Shown here in pieces: positions 1 through 9,681 of a stretch of DNA of 64,000 nt. The number at the start of each line of letters is the position of its first letter. The first letter of the stretch is position 1. The stretch is from a virus, in IMG/VR virus record IMGVR_UViG_3300047546_001263, positions 37,261-101,260 of that record, one strand, 5' to 3'. The notes under the pieces were generated by a model. The model made no database searches, was not told the DNA's origin, and saw only the letters and a program-made list of their open reading frames with translations. A program made the position numbers and the translations under genes.

Positions 1-2152
1 AATCTTCGTTTCTCACAAGCTCATTCTTTATTCTATTTCTTGCATATACAACCCCTTTAGCTTGCTCTTTAGGTGTAAAAATAATTCTTAAATTTGGAAA
101 GTTATACTCTTTCAATTTAGTATAAGCTTCTTCTGTGTCTTGTATATTTACTCCTACAAAAACTCTACTAGGGTCAATAGCTTCTTCATATAAACTTTTT
201 AAAGTATCTATAAGTTGAGAATCGCAGTAACTTGCTATTGATACGAATATGTTACCATTTCCAAAACTCCAACTATCGTTATACTCTCTAAACCAGTTAC
301 CTTTAAAATGACACTCTGCAATAAATGGTATTTGATGTCCTAGGTTAAATTTTTCAGTATTAATATAGTAATTTTTATCCTCAATGTCAGACATATATCC
401 TCTCATTCTATAAATGTAAGAAGACAGTGTTGAATGACTATTACCTATAAACTTAATACTACGAGTACATATAAACTGCTCAATAATAGGAATCCAGTTA
501 TTATCAAATTCATTATAGATACTAACTTGATTCTTTAAATCTTCATAGAAAGAAACTCGATAAAGACCCATAAGAGGTCTAAAAAATTCTTTATCTCTAT
601 GGTCTGTTGCAATGTAAAGCTTACTTCCCTGAGGGATTATATCTTTTATATTCTCTAAAATTTGCTCACAGCTAATAAATAATTCTTTATATTGAAAGTC
701 ATTTCTACGAATATGAATAGAGTAGTAATCTCTATCTCCTAACTTATTAATAAATTGCCAAGCTAAATCAAAAATATCTGTACGATATCTTACATGTTTA
801 GCGATAAGTTTTTTGATCTCTACATCTAAACTTGTAAACAAGGTCTGATGAGTAACACCTAGAAGATTAGATTCAAGGAAAATAAATTCTTCATCTGTAA
901 AGTATTCTTCACTTCTTAATACTGGGCGGTGTTTATGAAACTTAACAGGCGGGTTAATTTTTTCAAAATTCATAACGTGTAAAACTGCATCATAATCTAA
1001 TACTTTACAAATACTTTTTACACTGTCGTAATTATGTTCTAATCCTTTTTCTTCACAGAACTTACTAAACGGTATGGAAATTACTCCTAAATCTGAAGTA
1101 TCAAAAAAAGATTCCATACTAGAGTTCCCTTCTAGTAAGTACATTTTATATTCTGGTGTTAAAACAAGCTTTCGATTAGTTAAGTATGCTATACATACTG
1201 CTAACTCTAACGACATTCTTATATTGTTGAAACCACCAGGCCAAGGTCTAAATAAAATATAACCTTTACTACCATCATAGAATTTAAAGATGCTAGAAAA
1301 ATCCCACTTATTGTAGTATATATAATCTGTTCTATACTGATCTACACTCGTAACCATCTTATTACTTGCTTCGCTTATTATATTTGATAAATCGTATTTT
1401 TGTGTTTGATCAAAGGTATGATCTTGCTTAAAGAACAGCTTGTTTCCTTGCTTATCTGAAATTACATTAGGGTAATGTAGTATACTTCCTATTGTAGACC
1501 TACCGGTATCGTTCCATGCAGTACAGGTTCCAATATCCTCAACTAAATCAACTTTTATATTAGAATCTTTAATTGCATAATCTAATCCCCACATTTCTGC
1601 TTCCCATCTTCCTTCTTTCTTTCTGATCTGCTCACAATACTCTGTATATTTTTTGTAAAATTTCTTTAGAGTATTAAACTTTAAAGCAAATGGGTACATT
1701 ATCCCTTGTGCATTATGGATATCTTTTTCTCGATCTTCCCATCCGTTTAGTGGAACAAAGTGAATGAACTTTTGACCGATGATATGATTGTCTTCTAATT
1801 CAAAATCAACTGCTTTTATAAACAGCATATCTGGGTCCAGGAATAATAACTTATCATTATCTTGGAAGTAGTTATTTTCGCATAACCATTCTACAGATTT
1901 ATATTTATTAGGGATACCACCCCACCAGTCATCGTTAGCTGTTTGCCAATTATGAGCATAGTCTGGTTGATCTATTACTATAGCGTCAGATAAAAAACTA
2001 AAATCTGGGTTTTCATGTCTGTGTCCGTAATCTCCGGAGAGTAGAACGACTAATTTACCTTTTTGATTTACCTTCTTTAAGGACCAGTGTAATAGTTTTA
2101 ACTGCCATGCTTGATACTCACATCTACTAGTTCCGACAACAATATAGTCCAT
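1..2152 (-). CDS. Multi-domain glycosyltransferase, 3'-partial, >=717 aa, not in ORF track: SGT1/HPAT (GT96/GT95)-like domain + O-fucosyltransferase-like domain + start of GT60 (Skp1 Hyp-GlcNAc transferase)-like domain
   Basis: Hand translation: ATG at 2152-2150 directly follows the TAA of the upstream gene and there is no in-frame stop down to base 2. N-terminus MDYIVVGTSRCEYQAWQLKLLHWSLKKVNQKGKLVVLLSG. Motifs: LLFLDPDMLF (DxD at 1829-1837), WEAEMWG (1586-1606), GGFNNIRMSLELAVCIAYLTNRKLVL (GGFNN 1223-1237), IHIRRNDF (HIRRND 698-715), LYIATD, IEQFIC..FIGNSHSTLS, IFVSIASYCD (221-250)..SRVFVGV..AKGVVYAR. Confidence 0.85.
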   Translation of the reverse strand, partial: MDYIVVGTSRCEYQAWQLKLLHWSLKKVNQKGKLVVLLSGDYGHRHENPDFSFLSDAIVIDQPDYAHNWQTANDDWWGGIPNKYKSVEWLCENNYFQDNDKLLFLDPDMLFIKAVDFELEDNHIIGQKFIHFVPLNGWEDREKDIHNAQGIMYPFALKFNTLKKFYKKYTEYCEQIRKKEGRWEAEMWGLDYAIKDSNIKVDLVEDIGTCTAWNDTGRSTIGSILHYPNVISDKQGNKLFFKQDHTFDQTQKYDLSNIISEASNKMVTSVDQYRTDYIYYNKWDFSSIFKFYDGSKGYILFRPWPGGFNNIRMSLELAVCIAYLTNRKLVLTPEYKMYLLEGNSSMESFFDTSDLGVISIPFSKFCEEKGLEHNYDSVKSICKVLDYDAVLHVMNFEKINPPVKFHKHRPVLRSEEYFTDEEFIFLESNLLGVTHQTLFTSLDVEIKKLIAKHVRYRTDIFDLAWQFINKLGDRDYYSIHIRRNDFQYKELFISCEQILENIKDIIPQGSKLYIATDHRDKEFFRPLMGLYRVSFYEDLKNQVSIYNEFDNNWIPIIEQFICTRSIKFIGNSHSTLSSYIYRMRGYMSDIEDKNYYINTEKFNLGHQIPFIAECHFKGNWFREYNDSWSFGNGNIFVSIASYCDSQLIDTLKSLYEEAIDPSRVFVGVNIQDTEEAYTKLKEYNFPNLRIIFTPKEQAKGVVYARNRIKNELVRNED

Positions 2153-3406
2153 TTATTGAGGTACAAATTTATAATCTGCTAATGTATAATGTAAAAAGAA
2201 ATTTCTAAAGAATTCTCCTTCAAAAGGTTCAATACGTCCATGTTTGTTAGTAGCAGATTCATATAGAATCATTTCCCCTGGTTCTGCATAAACTTTATGC
2301 CATCTACCTAAATGGTCTTGAATATCTAATGGCCAATCTCTATCTACCTGCTTATCTATTATTACTATAGATGATATGTGGTGAGTTACTAAAGTATCTG
2401 TATGTGGTTCTAGTATAGCCCCTCTTTTATAAGATCTGATACCGTAAATCCATTTCGGTACTAAACGTTCTTTATTACCTATAAACTCTTCGTGGATAGG
2501 TTGTAACTCTTCTGCAATAATCTCTCTAATACGGGTAAAAGCATCCATACTAAAGATTTCTACCGGTGCATTACCTTGATTATCGTGTATAAAATCAGTA
2601 ATACCGTTCCAATGTTCTGCTCGTACTGTAGGTTTCAGTAAGTTGTATGCTTCTGTAATCAACTGGAAGGTCTTTTCAGGTACTTTTACAACTTTAAATC
2701 CTAGTTCAGAAAGCTTTGGTAAATCTTCTTTCTTTGAAAATACTTTTTGTACTGGTTGCTGTGGTTGTGTCATTTCTTGATATTCTTTTGCAAGTCTAGC
2801 ATCTTCAGCACTATTGAATACATTTTCTCTAAACCATTTTGTAATAATTACTTTTCTACCTTTTCTTACAGGTAAACCTGCATGTAAAGCGGCTGAGTTT
2901 TCAGTTCCTGTACCGTTAGAGTTTTTCCAAACTACTGCAGTACCTTTTACTGGTGTAAATGTCTTTTGTAAGGTAGGAAAATCTGTTTCACCTCCTTCTT
3001 CAACATCATTAAGGTATATCATAAACGTCCATGTTCTTTGGCCGCTAGACAAACAATGGTTATGGTATGCTTCTTTTCCAAAAGCATCTTGGTGGTGTCT
3101 AAATTCTTGACCTACCTCATATATTTGACCTTGTGTTGGTTCTGAATAAGGAGCTTCTATTCCTAATTCTGTATACATTTTTTGATTAACACTACTGATA
3201 ATCGGATCTGTATCATGTAAAACTGCTGTAGAACTAGTACGGCCTTCGTCGTATTTTACAGATTGGGCTCCACTACCTGCTACGCTTGATCGAACACTTC
3301 CGTGTTCTGTTAGTCTTACAATATGATCACATTCTTCGTTTGTTAAGAACTGAGGGATTGTGAATATTTCCAATCCATGGCTGTTTTCTATATATACTCT
3401 TTCCAT
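2153..3406 (-). CDS. Tandem 2OG-Fe(II) dioxygenase: N-terminal prolyl 4-hydroxylase-like domain plus a second 2OG-Fe(II) domain
   Basis: Domain 1: FLTNEECD..RTSS..YEVGQEFRHHQD..QRTWTFMIYLNDVEEGGETDFP..ALHAGLPVRKGRKVIITKW (P4H-type HxD..H..K). Domain 2: YGIRSYKRGAILEPHTD..PGEMILYES..HGR (HxD..H.R). Confidence 0.85.
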   Translation of the reverse strand: MERVYIENSHGLEIFTIPQFLTNEECDHIVRLTEHGSVRSSVAGSGAQSVKYDEGRTSSTAVLHDTDPIISSVNQKMYTELGIEAPYSEPTQGQIYEVGQEFRHHQDAFGKEAYHNHCLSSGQRTWTFMIYLNDVEEGGETDFPTLQKTFTPVKGTAVVWKNSNGTGTENSAALHAGLPVRKGRKVIITKWFRENVFNSAEDARLAKEYQEMTQPQQPVQKVFSKKEDLPKLSELGFKVVKVPEKTFQLITEAYNLLKPTVRAEHWNGITDFIHDNQGNAPVEIFSMDAFTRIREIIAEELQPIHEEFIGNKERLVPKWIYGIRSYKRGAILEPHTDTLVTHHISSIVIIDKQVDRDWPLDIQDHLGRWHKVYAEPGEMILYESATNKHGRIEPFEGEFFRNFFLHYTLADYKFVPQ

Positions 3407-3423
3407 ATAAGGGTGTTTTATTA

Positions 3424-5139
3424 TTAACCATCACAAGCTACACAATCTTCTGCAGTTCTACTACCAATGTCTCCGTTAATTACAGAATCTGTTCTTAGAT
3501 AATATAAGGTTTTTATACCTAACTTCCAAGCCGTCTGGTGAACTAAGTTGATAAATCTTGGACTATCAGTTGGATCAAATGCTAAGTTTAAAGACTGAGT
3601 CTGATCGATATACTGCTGGCGGATTGCAGCTTGTTCTACCAACTGTAGCTGGTTAATTTCAGCAAATGTTAAGAAGATTGGTTTATCCTCTGCAGGCATA
3701 ACATCTTCTGGTAAATTTGCAATAGAACCTCTATCTTTCATAATCTGGTCCCATACTTCTTCTGTATTATGACCTCTTTCTAATAAATAGTTTTCTAGTT
3801 CAGGATTTTTACGAATAAAAGTTCCCTTTCCTGAATTAAATGTGTAGATATTCGCCGGTAATGGTTCAATACCTGCTGATACACCTCCTGATATAGTTGA
3901 ATTTGAAACTGTTGGTGCAATTGCAAGCAAGTGAGTGTTTCTCATACCTGTACCTTTACACCATACTGGTTCTCCATATTCATCAGCTAACTTTCTAGAA
4001 GCAGCTTCTGCTTGTGACTTAATTTGAGAGAATATCTGATGTGTAAAGCTATTTGCTGCAATACTAATAAAAGGTATCTTCTTTTGTTGTAATAATGTAT
4101 GCCATCCTAGAACTCCTAACCCAATAGCTCTACCTTTCTTAGCTGAACGATGTGCTCTGATTAAAGACTCTTTTCCGTTGGTCTTTACTAAAAACTCTTC
4201 CATTACTCCATCTAAGAAGTAGATTGCAGTTTCAATTAAATCAGTAGATTTCCATTCATCCCATTTAGCTAAGTTAACCGAACTTAAGCAGCAAATAAAA
4301 CTGTGCTCTTCGTCAGTATGTAAAGTAATCTCTGAACATATATTAGTCATTGTTACTTCTAAATTATTCTTAATATATGCCGGAGGGTTAGCATTGTTTA
4401 CATTATCTTTAAACATAATATAAGGTTCCCCTGTCTCAACTCTAGCCTTTAGTATTTCTACCCAGACTTCCATTGCCTCAGGGTCTCTACGCTCGATCTT
4501 TTGCATAAAGTTATCATCCACTACAACGCATTGATGTAGGTTAAGACACTGTCTATTCGGATCTCCTTTAGGTCGTCTAATCTGTAAAAATTCCTTAATA
4601 TCTGGATGGTTAATGTCTAGATTTACGGAAGCCGCTCCTCTTCGAACTGCTCCTTGATTTGTTGCAATAATAGTAGAATCGTAAATCTTAGCCCAAGGAA
4701 TAACTCCTTCTGACTGTCCTAGATCTCCGTTACCAATTTTGGAACCTCTTCCTCTAATTTTAGAAAGACCAATACCTACACCACCTCCTAACGAAGTCAA
4801 TCTCATCAATTCAGCATTTGTTAATCCAATACCTCTAATAGAGTCTGGAGTATCAATACCAAAGCAGGAAATAGGTAGTCCTTTGTCTGTACCCGTGTTA
4901 GATAAAACTGGAGAAGCTAAATTCAACCAACCTTTCCACATATACTTAAAAAACTTGGCTGCTAAATCAGGTCGATCTAATCTTGCTGCAACTGTATCTG
5001 ATACTCTCTTATATGCTTTTCGAGGAGTCTCTCCTGGAAGGAGATATCCTTTAGATATTGTTGATAAAGAAATTTCGTTCATCCATTCAGGATAATCTTT
5101 TCCTGCTTCCCATGCGGAAGTATCTACTTGTAGTGCCAT
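3424..5139 (-). CDS. nrdA: Ribonucleoside-diphosphate reductase class I alpha subunit (short, no ATP cone)
   Basis: PISCF, TNICSEI, CCLSSVNL, IAPTVS, KTLYY and C-terminal CVAC redox pair. Confidence 0.96.
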   Translation of the reverse strand: MALQVDTSAWEAGKDYPEWMNEISLSTISKGYLLPGETPRKAYKRVSDTVAARLDRPDLAAKFFKYMWKGWLNLASPVLSNTGTDKGLPISCFGIDTPDSIRGIGLTNAELMRLTSLGGGVGIGLSKIRGRGSKIGNGDLGQSEGVIPWAKIYDSTIIATNQGAVRRGAASVNLDINHPDIKEFLQIRRPKGDPNRQCLNLHQCVVVDDNFMQKIERRDPEAMEVWVEILKARVETGEPYIMFKDNVNNANPPAYIKNNLEVTMTNICSEITLHTDEEHSFICCLSSVNLAKWDEWKSTDLIETAIYFLDGVMEEFLVKTNGKESLIRAHRSAKKGRAIGLGVLGWHTLLQQKKIPFISIAANSFTHQIFSQIKSQAEAASRKLADEYGEPVWCKGTGMRNTHLLAIAPTVSNSTISGGVSAGIEPLPANIYTFNSGKGTFIRKNPELENYLLERGHNTEEVWDQIMKDRGSIANLPEDVMPAEDKPIFLTFAEINQLQLVEQAAIRQQYIDQTQSLNLAFDPTDSPRFINLVHQTAWKLGIKTLYYLRTDSVINGDIGSRTAEDCVACDG

Positions 5140-5161
5140 TATGTAATTTAATTAAATGTTT

Positions 5162-6139
5162 TTAAAATGCTTTTGACCAATCCATATGACCCTTAGAGTA
5201 GTTTGTTACTCTACTTGCAAAAAAGTCAGTATGCTGTTTGCCTGCAATTACTGCATCAAACCACTTCATTGTCTTTAATGCTCCTGCATCAATCTGGTCA
5301 GAAGGGATCAAAGGTTTTAAGCCTAGATCTCCCATTTTAGTATTAACCCTATGTTTAATAAAGTTTTTAAGATCATCTTTAGATAAATTCTCTAGATCTC
5401 CTAATTCAAAAACTTTATCGATAAAATCGAACTCTAATTTTAAAGCTAAGTGAGCTGCTGTTTCGATTTCACCTTGTAACTTTTCTGTATTAATCTCTGG
5501 GTACTCTGAAAGTAGCTGACGGAATAACCAACAACCTGCTTCTGAGTGTAGAGATTCATCTCGTACGGACCATTCAACAATCTGTCCAATACCTTTCAAT
5601 TTATTTCTCATCTTAAACGATAATAATACCGCGAAAGAAGAAAATAAATTAACTCCTTCAGTAAATGCTGAGAAGATAGCTAAAGATTTAGCTCGTTCAT
5701 GCCAATCTGGAGTACCGTCATGACTATCTCTAACATTCATTAGAGATTCAATCTTTGCTTTAGTAGCTTCGTCTTCTAAGAATTCTGCAAAGTTATCTAA
5801 ACCTAACTGCTCGTTAAGTAGAGAATAAGCTTCTGCATGTATAGTTTCAAAAGATCCAAAAGTAACACCCATCATAATAATCTCAGGCTTTCTAAACCAG
5901 CTAGTTACTAGTCCTGTCCAGTAATCGTTAACTACCGTCTCAGTCTGAGCAAAGCCTTTTAATATACCGCCGACTACATTCTTCTCGTGATCTTTTAGAT
6001 TAGATTTCCAATCTGTAACATCTTGTGCCATTGGTACTTCTGTGTGTAGCCAATGAGCTTGTTGTTGCTTTAACCAATAATCATACGCCTTTGGGTATTC
6101 AAATGGTTTATAAACAACTCTTTCATCTCTTAGTCCCAT
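5162..6139 (-). CDS. nrdB: Ribonucleoside-diphosphate reductase class I beta subunit
   Basis: YKPFEYP, ETIHAEAY, EGVNLFSSF, RDESLH, DFFASRVTNY. Confidence 0.96.
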   Translation of the reverse strand: MGLRDERVVYKPFEYPKAYDYWLKQQQAHWLHTEVPMAQDVTDWKSNLKDHEKNVVGGILKGFAQTETVVNDYWTGLVTSWFRKPEIIMMGVTFGSFETIHAEAYSLLNEQLGLDNFAEFLEDEATKAKIESLMNVRDSHDGTPDWHERAKSLAIFSAFTEGVNLFSSFAVLLSFKMRNKLKGIGQIVEWSVRDESLHSEAGCWLFRQLLSEYPEINTEKLQGEIETAAHLALKLEFDFIDKVFELGDLENLSKDDLKNFIKHRVNTKMGDLGLKPLIPSDQIDAGALKTMKWFDAVIAGKQHTDFFASRVTNYSKGHMDWSKAF

Positions 6140-6160
6140 AGTATATTTTTAGTGTGTTAA

Positions 6161-6206
6161 ATAATAAAATCCCCGGTTGAGTTTAGCAGAAAATGCTTCC
6201 GGGGAT
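6161..6206 (-). terminator. GC hairpin plus U-rich tract between helicase and nrdB (terminator or leader structure)
   Basis: ATCCCCGG (6169-6176) / CCGGGGAT (6199-6206) inverted repeat, followed on the minus strand by TTTATTAT. Confidence 0.55.
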
Positions 6207-6240
6207 GTAGAAATAAATAGCATCTTCCTCTAAGTTGGTC

Positions 6241-7575
6241 TTAATTTTCTTCAAAAAATTTCTTAGCAATCTCAAAATGTGTACCTTGAGAACTGCTACC
6301 TCCTTCATCTAGAATAGCTTTACTCTCTATCTCGATATGACCATTATTTGTATCCATTTTAACATTATAAGTCATACCGTCTTGTCCGTATCTATTCTTC
6401 ATAACGTGAAGTCGACCTGTACCTAATACCTTGTCTTCTTTCTGTCTAGATAAAGATAAGCATATATCGGCCACCATCATCTTATCATAAGAACCTGCTG
6501 CTTTATCACCTTCAATTACATTATCTTTAGCACCCATTCGGTTTACCTGAGATGGTGTAAGTATAGGTATTTTTAATTCTTTAGCTAAGCTCTTTGTAGC
6601 AATGAATACATCATCAATTTCATCCTTACGTTCAGAGAATTTACCTCGTGACGGTGCTTTAAGATAGTCGACATAGTCGATGACAATCATGTCAGGTTTA
6701 TGTCCCATATCAATACACTTCTGAACGTGACTCTTAATGTTATTTACTGTCGCTGCTTTAGGAGCATATTCTTTTACGATAAGCTTACCTTTCAAATTAT
6801 TTATTTGAGCTTCTACGTCCTTTCTATGCTTATTTACTTCGTCGATAGAATAGCCTGTAAAGTAGCAGTCAAATCGTTTACCTACGTAATCTTCTCCTAA
6901 CTCTAAGGTATAATAGTTTACCTTGAAGCCTAACTTTACAGCATGTGCTGCTGCTGCCACCATCGTCCAAGATTTACCGCCACCTGGGTTACCGAATACG
7001 ATAATCAAATCACCAGGGCCCCATCCTCCTTGAATTGTTTCATTCATAGCAGGCCATGGTGTAGGTATAGTAGGTCTATAGTCTGTTCTATATCTAGACT
7101 CTACATCTTTATCATACTCATGTCCGATATTTTTATCCATAGCAGCTTTCATAGCTTTTTCGATAAGGTTTCTGATACCTTCGAAATCGCTTTGCTTTAA
7201 CAAGTCTGCTGAGGATAGAATAGCAGCTTTCATTTCTTGATTCTTACAGAAGGTAGTAAACTCCTCTTCTACGTAAGCTAAATCATCTTGAGAAGCTGCA
7301 TAAGAATTTCTTAACTCTTCTTTTAATGCAACCTGTAATACTTCGTTATCTACTTTTTGTAACTCTACTTTTAATACATCCATAGTAACGGTAGTATGGT
7401 ACTTATCGAAGTACTTTATAATCTGCCCTACAATCCATTTATGTGTATCAGCATCAAAATACTCCTCTCTCAAAACATCTCTTACCGTAAGTAAGAAACC
7501 TTTATCTGTTAGTAAGGCGCCGATAACTTTAATTTGAAAAGCTTTACCGTACTGTGTTAACTTCTGCAATGTCAT
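6241..7575 (-). CDS. Replicative DNA helicase (DnaB / T4 gp41-like)
   Basis: Walker A GNPGGGKS, YTLEL, IVIDYVD, TPSQVNR, MKNRYG. Confidence 0.92.
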   Translation of the reverse strand: MTLQKLTQYGKAFQIKVIGALLTDKGFLLTVRDVLREEYFDADTHKWIVGQIIKYFDKYHTTVTMDVLKVELQKVDNEVLQVALKEELRNSYAASQDDLAYVEEEFTTFCKNQEMKAAILSSADLLKQSDFEGIRNLIEKAMKAAMDKNIGHEYDKDVESRYRTDYRPTIPTPWPAMNETIQGGWGPGDLIIVFGNPGGGKSWTMVAAAAHAVKLGFKVNYYTLELGEDYVGKRFDCYFTGYSIDEVNKHRKDVEAQINNLKGKLIVKEYAPKAATVNNIKSHVQKCIDMGHKPDMIVIDYVDYLKAPSRGKFSERKDEIDDVFIATKSLAKELKIPILTPSQVNRMGAKDNVIEGDKAAGSYDKMMVADICLSLSRQKEDKVLGTGRLHVMKNRYGQDGMTYNVKMDTNNGHIEIESKAILDEGGSSSQGTHFEIAKKFFEEN

Positions 7576-7580
7576 ATAAC

Positions 7581-8603
7581 TTATTGTTTAAAAACCGTTA
7601 ATGTTCTAAAATTCTCTAACCAGCCTTCCGTGTTCTTAGTTATACCTTCTATCTTATCTATGTCTAGTAGGTGTAAAAAAGCTCCTGTTTGTAGAGGTGG
7701 AATAGGCTCTTTTAGTACACTTAATATATGAAGAATTTCTTTATCATCCAACTGGCCTTCATGTAAATTCATCAGTTGGTAGTTAGTTTTTACCCGATCC
7801 CAATTGTGTATAATTTTAGCAAAAATAGATTTACCGTCTAAGTTCTGCTCACATACTGAATAGATATCTTGTAGTTCGTAGTTAGGATTAGTAAGTAATC
7901 CTGGGAACTCTTTTGTTAGTGTTTTTAACCCCAATCCTTTTACTCCAGAAAGATTATCTGAATTATCTCCTAGTAAGGCCTTCACTATGTTATAGTTTTG
8001 TGGAAGTACTTCTAATTCTTGTACGATATTTTCCTTTGTGTATAAAGTTTTCTTAATAGGAGAGTATACTGAGATACATCCATCAATCAACTGTAAGAAG
8101 TCTTTATCTGAAGATACAATTGTAACCTGTTTCCCAGATGCTGAAGCACCTAAAGCTAAGTCTGCAATAATATCATCTGCCTCTAACTTCTCCATTGTTA
8201 GACTCTGTACTGGTAAGCATTCAAGATAGTCTTTTAATCTATCTAATTGAGCAGAAAGTGATTCATACTCTTCTTGCTTATTCTCATACATACCCCAATT
8301 AGTAATCCTTGTATGTTGTCTTTGTGCTTTATAGTTTGGATCTATATTCTTTCTATTAGTAGAAGAACCTTTACCATCAAACACGCAAACTACTCTTGTA
8401 GGGTCTACTGTACGTACTAAAAATCCTAGAGATCTAAGGAAGCCTACAAGACCACCGATATGGTGGCCTTGAGGATTCATTGCTCTGAGTGTTGAGAAGC
8501 TACGAATAAATGTATTCATAGAATCTATGATCAAGATATGATCGTTTAACTCTCTAGGCGGGGACTCTTTAAGGTTGTTTATAATTTTGCTATAGTCTGT
8601 CAT
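7581..8603 (-). CDS. 5'-3' exonuclease / flap endonuclease (Pol I N-terminal domain / T4 RNase H-like)
   Basis: LIIDSMN, VFDGKG, YKAQR, EADDII, VSSDKDFLQL, GDNSDNLSGVKGLG. Confidence 0.92.
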   Translation of the reverse strand: MTDYSKIINNLKESPPRELNDHILIIDSMNTFIRSFSTLRAMNPQGHHIGGLVGFLRSLGFLVRTVDPTRVVCVFDGKGSSTNRKNIDPNYKAQRQHTRITNWGMYENKQEEYESLSAQLDRLKDYLECLPVQSLTMEKLEADDIIADLALGASASGKQVTIVSSDKDFLQLIDGCISVYSPIKKTLYTKENIVQELEVLPQNYNIVKALLGDNSDNLSGVKGLGLKTLTKEFPGLLTNPNYELQDIYSVCEQNLDGKSIFAKIIHNWDRVKTNYQLMNLHEGQLDDKEILHILSVLKEPIPPLQTGAFLHLLDIDKIEGITKNTEGWLENFRTLTVFKQ

Positions 8604-9676
8604 TAATCGTCTAATAGGTTTGGTAGGATTTCATCTTCTTCCATGTCACCTTCTTCGACTAGACTAAAATCAATAGATCCTAAAAGTTTCAACCAGTGAT
8701 CCTTATGAGAATCTTTATATTTATCGATTGCTTTCTTATCGTCTGCAATAAAACCATGAGGGGTCATTACAATTCGTCCTCTTGTCTGTACACCTTCAAT
8801 ATGATTCTTTTCGATTTGTATATTTGTTCTTTTAGCAAATTCAACCTGTAAGCCACTTTTAATAGCTTTAATCTTAGAAGTTCCTGGGTTAGTGATGTTA
8901 CCGAATGTAATTACTAATGTTGCATCATACCACATCGACATACCGCCTTTATTTTGTAATTTTGGCTGTGACATCGGTGAGTCTGGTTTCTGTGTCCATA
9001 CTTTATTAATAGCTACTAGAGTATTAGTGTATGGAGATCCTTCTTTTCGAGATAATAGAATCTTCTGATTGAGGTTATTACCAAACTGAGTAGACATTGC
9101 ACCTGCGTTCCATTCGTTATTATTCTTATTAGATCTAACAGATAGATCACACGGTACAGATCCTACTGAATCCCAGAAGAAACATAAATCATGAGGTAGG
9201 TTTCCTTTAGCTTGTTCGTCTAAAAGGTCTGCTATGTACGATGCTACATCTTCAATAGTATTTAACGTACCTCTATCAGCGTAAAGGAAAAAACCTTCGT
9301 AGTCTGTAATCTCACCAGTTGCTTGATCTACAACTTCTTCAAACTGTAGACCCATTTCTTTAGCGTGACTCCAAGACCATTTCATCTCAGTGATGATTAA
9401 TACCGGGAGTATTCCCATCTTTTGAGCGGATACTGCTGCTTCAAGTAATGCAGTAGTCTTGCCGGTGTCGCTATGCCCACGGAGCAGGGTAATATGCCCC
9501 GTAGGTATGCCCGGTATAGACGTAATGTCTTGAAAAGCTTTTGATAGAGGAATCCATCCTTGCTCTTTGAACTTTACCGAAGCATTAGCGAAACCTTTTT
9601 TCTTCTTAAAATTTCCTAAGTTAAATCCACCCTTTACTATAGCAGATGCTTTTTCTGCTGTTGCGCTTTTTGCCAT
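8603..9676 (-). CDS. RecA/UvsX-like recombinase
   Basis: Walker A GHSDTGKTT, Walker B FFWDSVG, KGG motif; lies among replication genes. Confidence 0.85.
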   Translation of the reverse strand: MAKSATAEKASAIVKGGFNLGNFKKKKGFANASVKFKEQGWIPLSKAFQDITSIPGIPTGHITLLRGHSDTGKTTALLEAAVSAQKMGILPVLIITEMKWSWSHAKEMGLQFEEVVDQATGEITDYEGFFLYADRGTLNTIEDVASYIADLLDEQAKGNLPHDLCFFWDSVGSVPCDLSVRSNKNNNEWNAGAMSTQFGNNLNQKILLSRKEGSPYTNTLVAINKVWTQKPDSPMSQPKLQNKGGMSMWYDATLVITFGNITNPGTSKIKAIKSGLQVEFAKRTNIQIEKNHIEGVQTRGRIVMTPHGFIADDKKAIDKYKDSHKDHWLKLLGSIDFSLVEEGDMEEDEILPNLLDD

Positions 9677-9681
9677 TTATT

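Noticed and set aside
1-2152. Apparent 2-kb non-coding gap or recoded region at the window start
   Set aside because: Hand translation shows one uninterrupted minus-strand frame in the standard code; it was presumably omitted because its stop lies outside the window
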